A DNA stretch of 64,000 nt from Candidatus Latescibacterota bacterium. Lineage in GTDB: Bacteria > Latescibacterota > UBA2968. The stretch lies in the NCBI GenBank assembly GCA_965204745.1, contig OZ242010.1:5248001-5312000 (forward strand), in the 5' to 3' direction. Positions 63,901 through 64,000 of this stretch are shown here, piece by piece (within the stretch, counting starts at the first letter, position 1; each line of letters starts with the position of its first letter). A program made the position numbers and the translations under genes. A model generated the notes under the pieces. That model worked only from the letters and a program-made list of their open reading frames with translations, was not told the DNA's origin and made no database searches.

Positions 63901-64000
63901 GAGTACCCGCGCACGGTCTTGGCATGAGGCACGGACAACATCGCGGTGGTCAGGGGATAGGTCACTTGGTCTTCGACCACCTGCGGCGCTTGCCCCGGGT
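60966..64000 (-). CDS. cusA: CusA/CzcA family heavy-metal efflux RND permease, 5' truncated by the window edge
   Basis: LGPDATGVGWVYQY, AIGAMVDAAIVMIEN, APLSMIET and MPIKTRIDML. Confidence 0.93.
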   Translation of the reverse strand, partial: PGQAPQVVEDQVTYPLTTAMLSVPHAKTVRGYSFFGLSYVYVIFEDGTDMYWARSRVLEYLNAASGRLPRGVTPVLGPDATGVGWVYQYAVLDTTGTRDLSELRSIQDWYLRYELSSVQGVAEVASVGGFVKQYQVVVDPHRLLAYNIPLQEVRMAIQRSNDDVGGRLVELAETEFMVRGLGYIRSVADIEHIALGVDDKGTPIRVKDIATVQVGPELRRGLAEWNGEGEVVGGIVVMRYGENALKVIERVKQKLETLKPGLPKGVVVIPNYDRSALILRAVDHLRQKLLEEIAVVAVVCMVFLLHFRSAFVAVFTLPMGILIAFIAMHHQGVNSNIMSLGGIAIAIGAMVDAAIVMIENAHKHLERDAGKKPHLDIVIAASKEVGPSLFFSMLIIALSFLPVFSLEAQEGRLFKPLAYTKTYAMVAAACLAITVVPVLMTFFVRGKIRPEAENPINRGLIFLYRPMIDWVLHHRLLTVALGCAALFATAFPFRDLVVSRFATHPQSLTHKALVKLDALFPLEKIGSEFMPPLYEGDLLYMPTTLPGVSITKARALLQQTDKIIRTFPEVEHVFGKIGRAETATDPAPLSMIETTIMLKPESEWREGMTPQKLIRELDRAVQFPGLTNAWTMPIKTRIDMLSTGIKTPVGIKVVGDNLDTLQALGKQIEAVMRGLPGTQSAFAERVAGGNYLDFEIDRQAVARYGLTVGDVQDIIVTALGGQNITHAVEGLARYPINLRYGRELRDNLPALRRVFVPTPTGAQIPLGELAALRIRKGPPSIKSENARLNAWIYVDIRDVDVGTYVEKARQAVLEQVAMPPGYTVIWSGQYEYMLRAEQKLKVVIPVTLAIIFILLYLNFKTVAESLIVMLSLPFALVGGIWLLYILDYEMSIAVGVGFIALAGLAAETGVVMLIYLNQAYERETLTRADLNRAIIAGAVERVRPKLMTVFSTMVGLLPIMWSTGTGAEAMKRIAAPMVGGMVSSTILTLLVIPAIYALWKERQFNEGREK

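Overview
Bacterial chromosomal window, about 55% GC by eye. The mix of signal-peptide proteins with LRR, FN3, GLUG, Calx-beta and dockerin-like domains, GWxTD proteins, FlgD-Ig tails and NHL proteins suggests an FCB-group organism such as a Latescibacterota/Gemmatimonadota animal or sponge symbiont; this is inference only. Housekeeping genes (galU, mreBC, murD, a sigma-70 factor, RND/CusA, a DASS transporter, PhyH) surround two accessory zones. Zone 1 (5.2-35 kb) holds a PAS kinase and NtrC-type regulator split by about 16 kb, and a sigma-54 promoter ahead of a secreted-protein operon. That operon includes a MepA-like endopeptidase, three copies of a partner gene, orphan ABC permeases and three mosaic GWxTD genes. 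Zone 1 ends with an IS5-interrupted LRR gene of about 1861 aa. Zone 2 (44-59 kb) holds a second LRR gene and a roughly 4150-codon FN3/GLUG adhesin with a 1-bp frameshift and an upstream G17 tract. The strongest signal is in the large LRR gene: 23 near-identical 39-bp constant blocks alternate with hypervariable segments whose codons vary at positions 1-2 but keep a fixed third base (about 91 of 100 loop codons are NNC by hand count). This resembles DGR-type adenine mutagenesis applied repeat by repeat, but no reverse transcriptase is present in the window. The intergenic DNA also shows 14-29 nt units with matched empty and filled sites, and a MITE carrying the IS5 ends.
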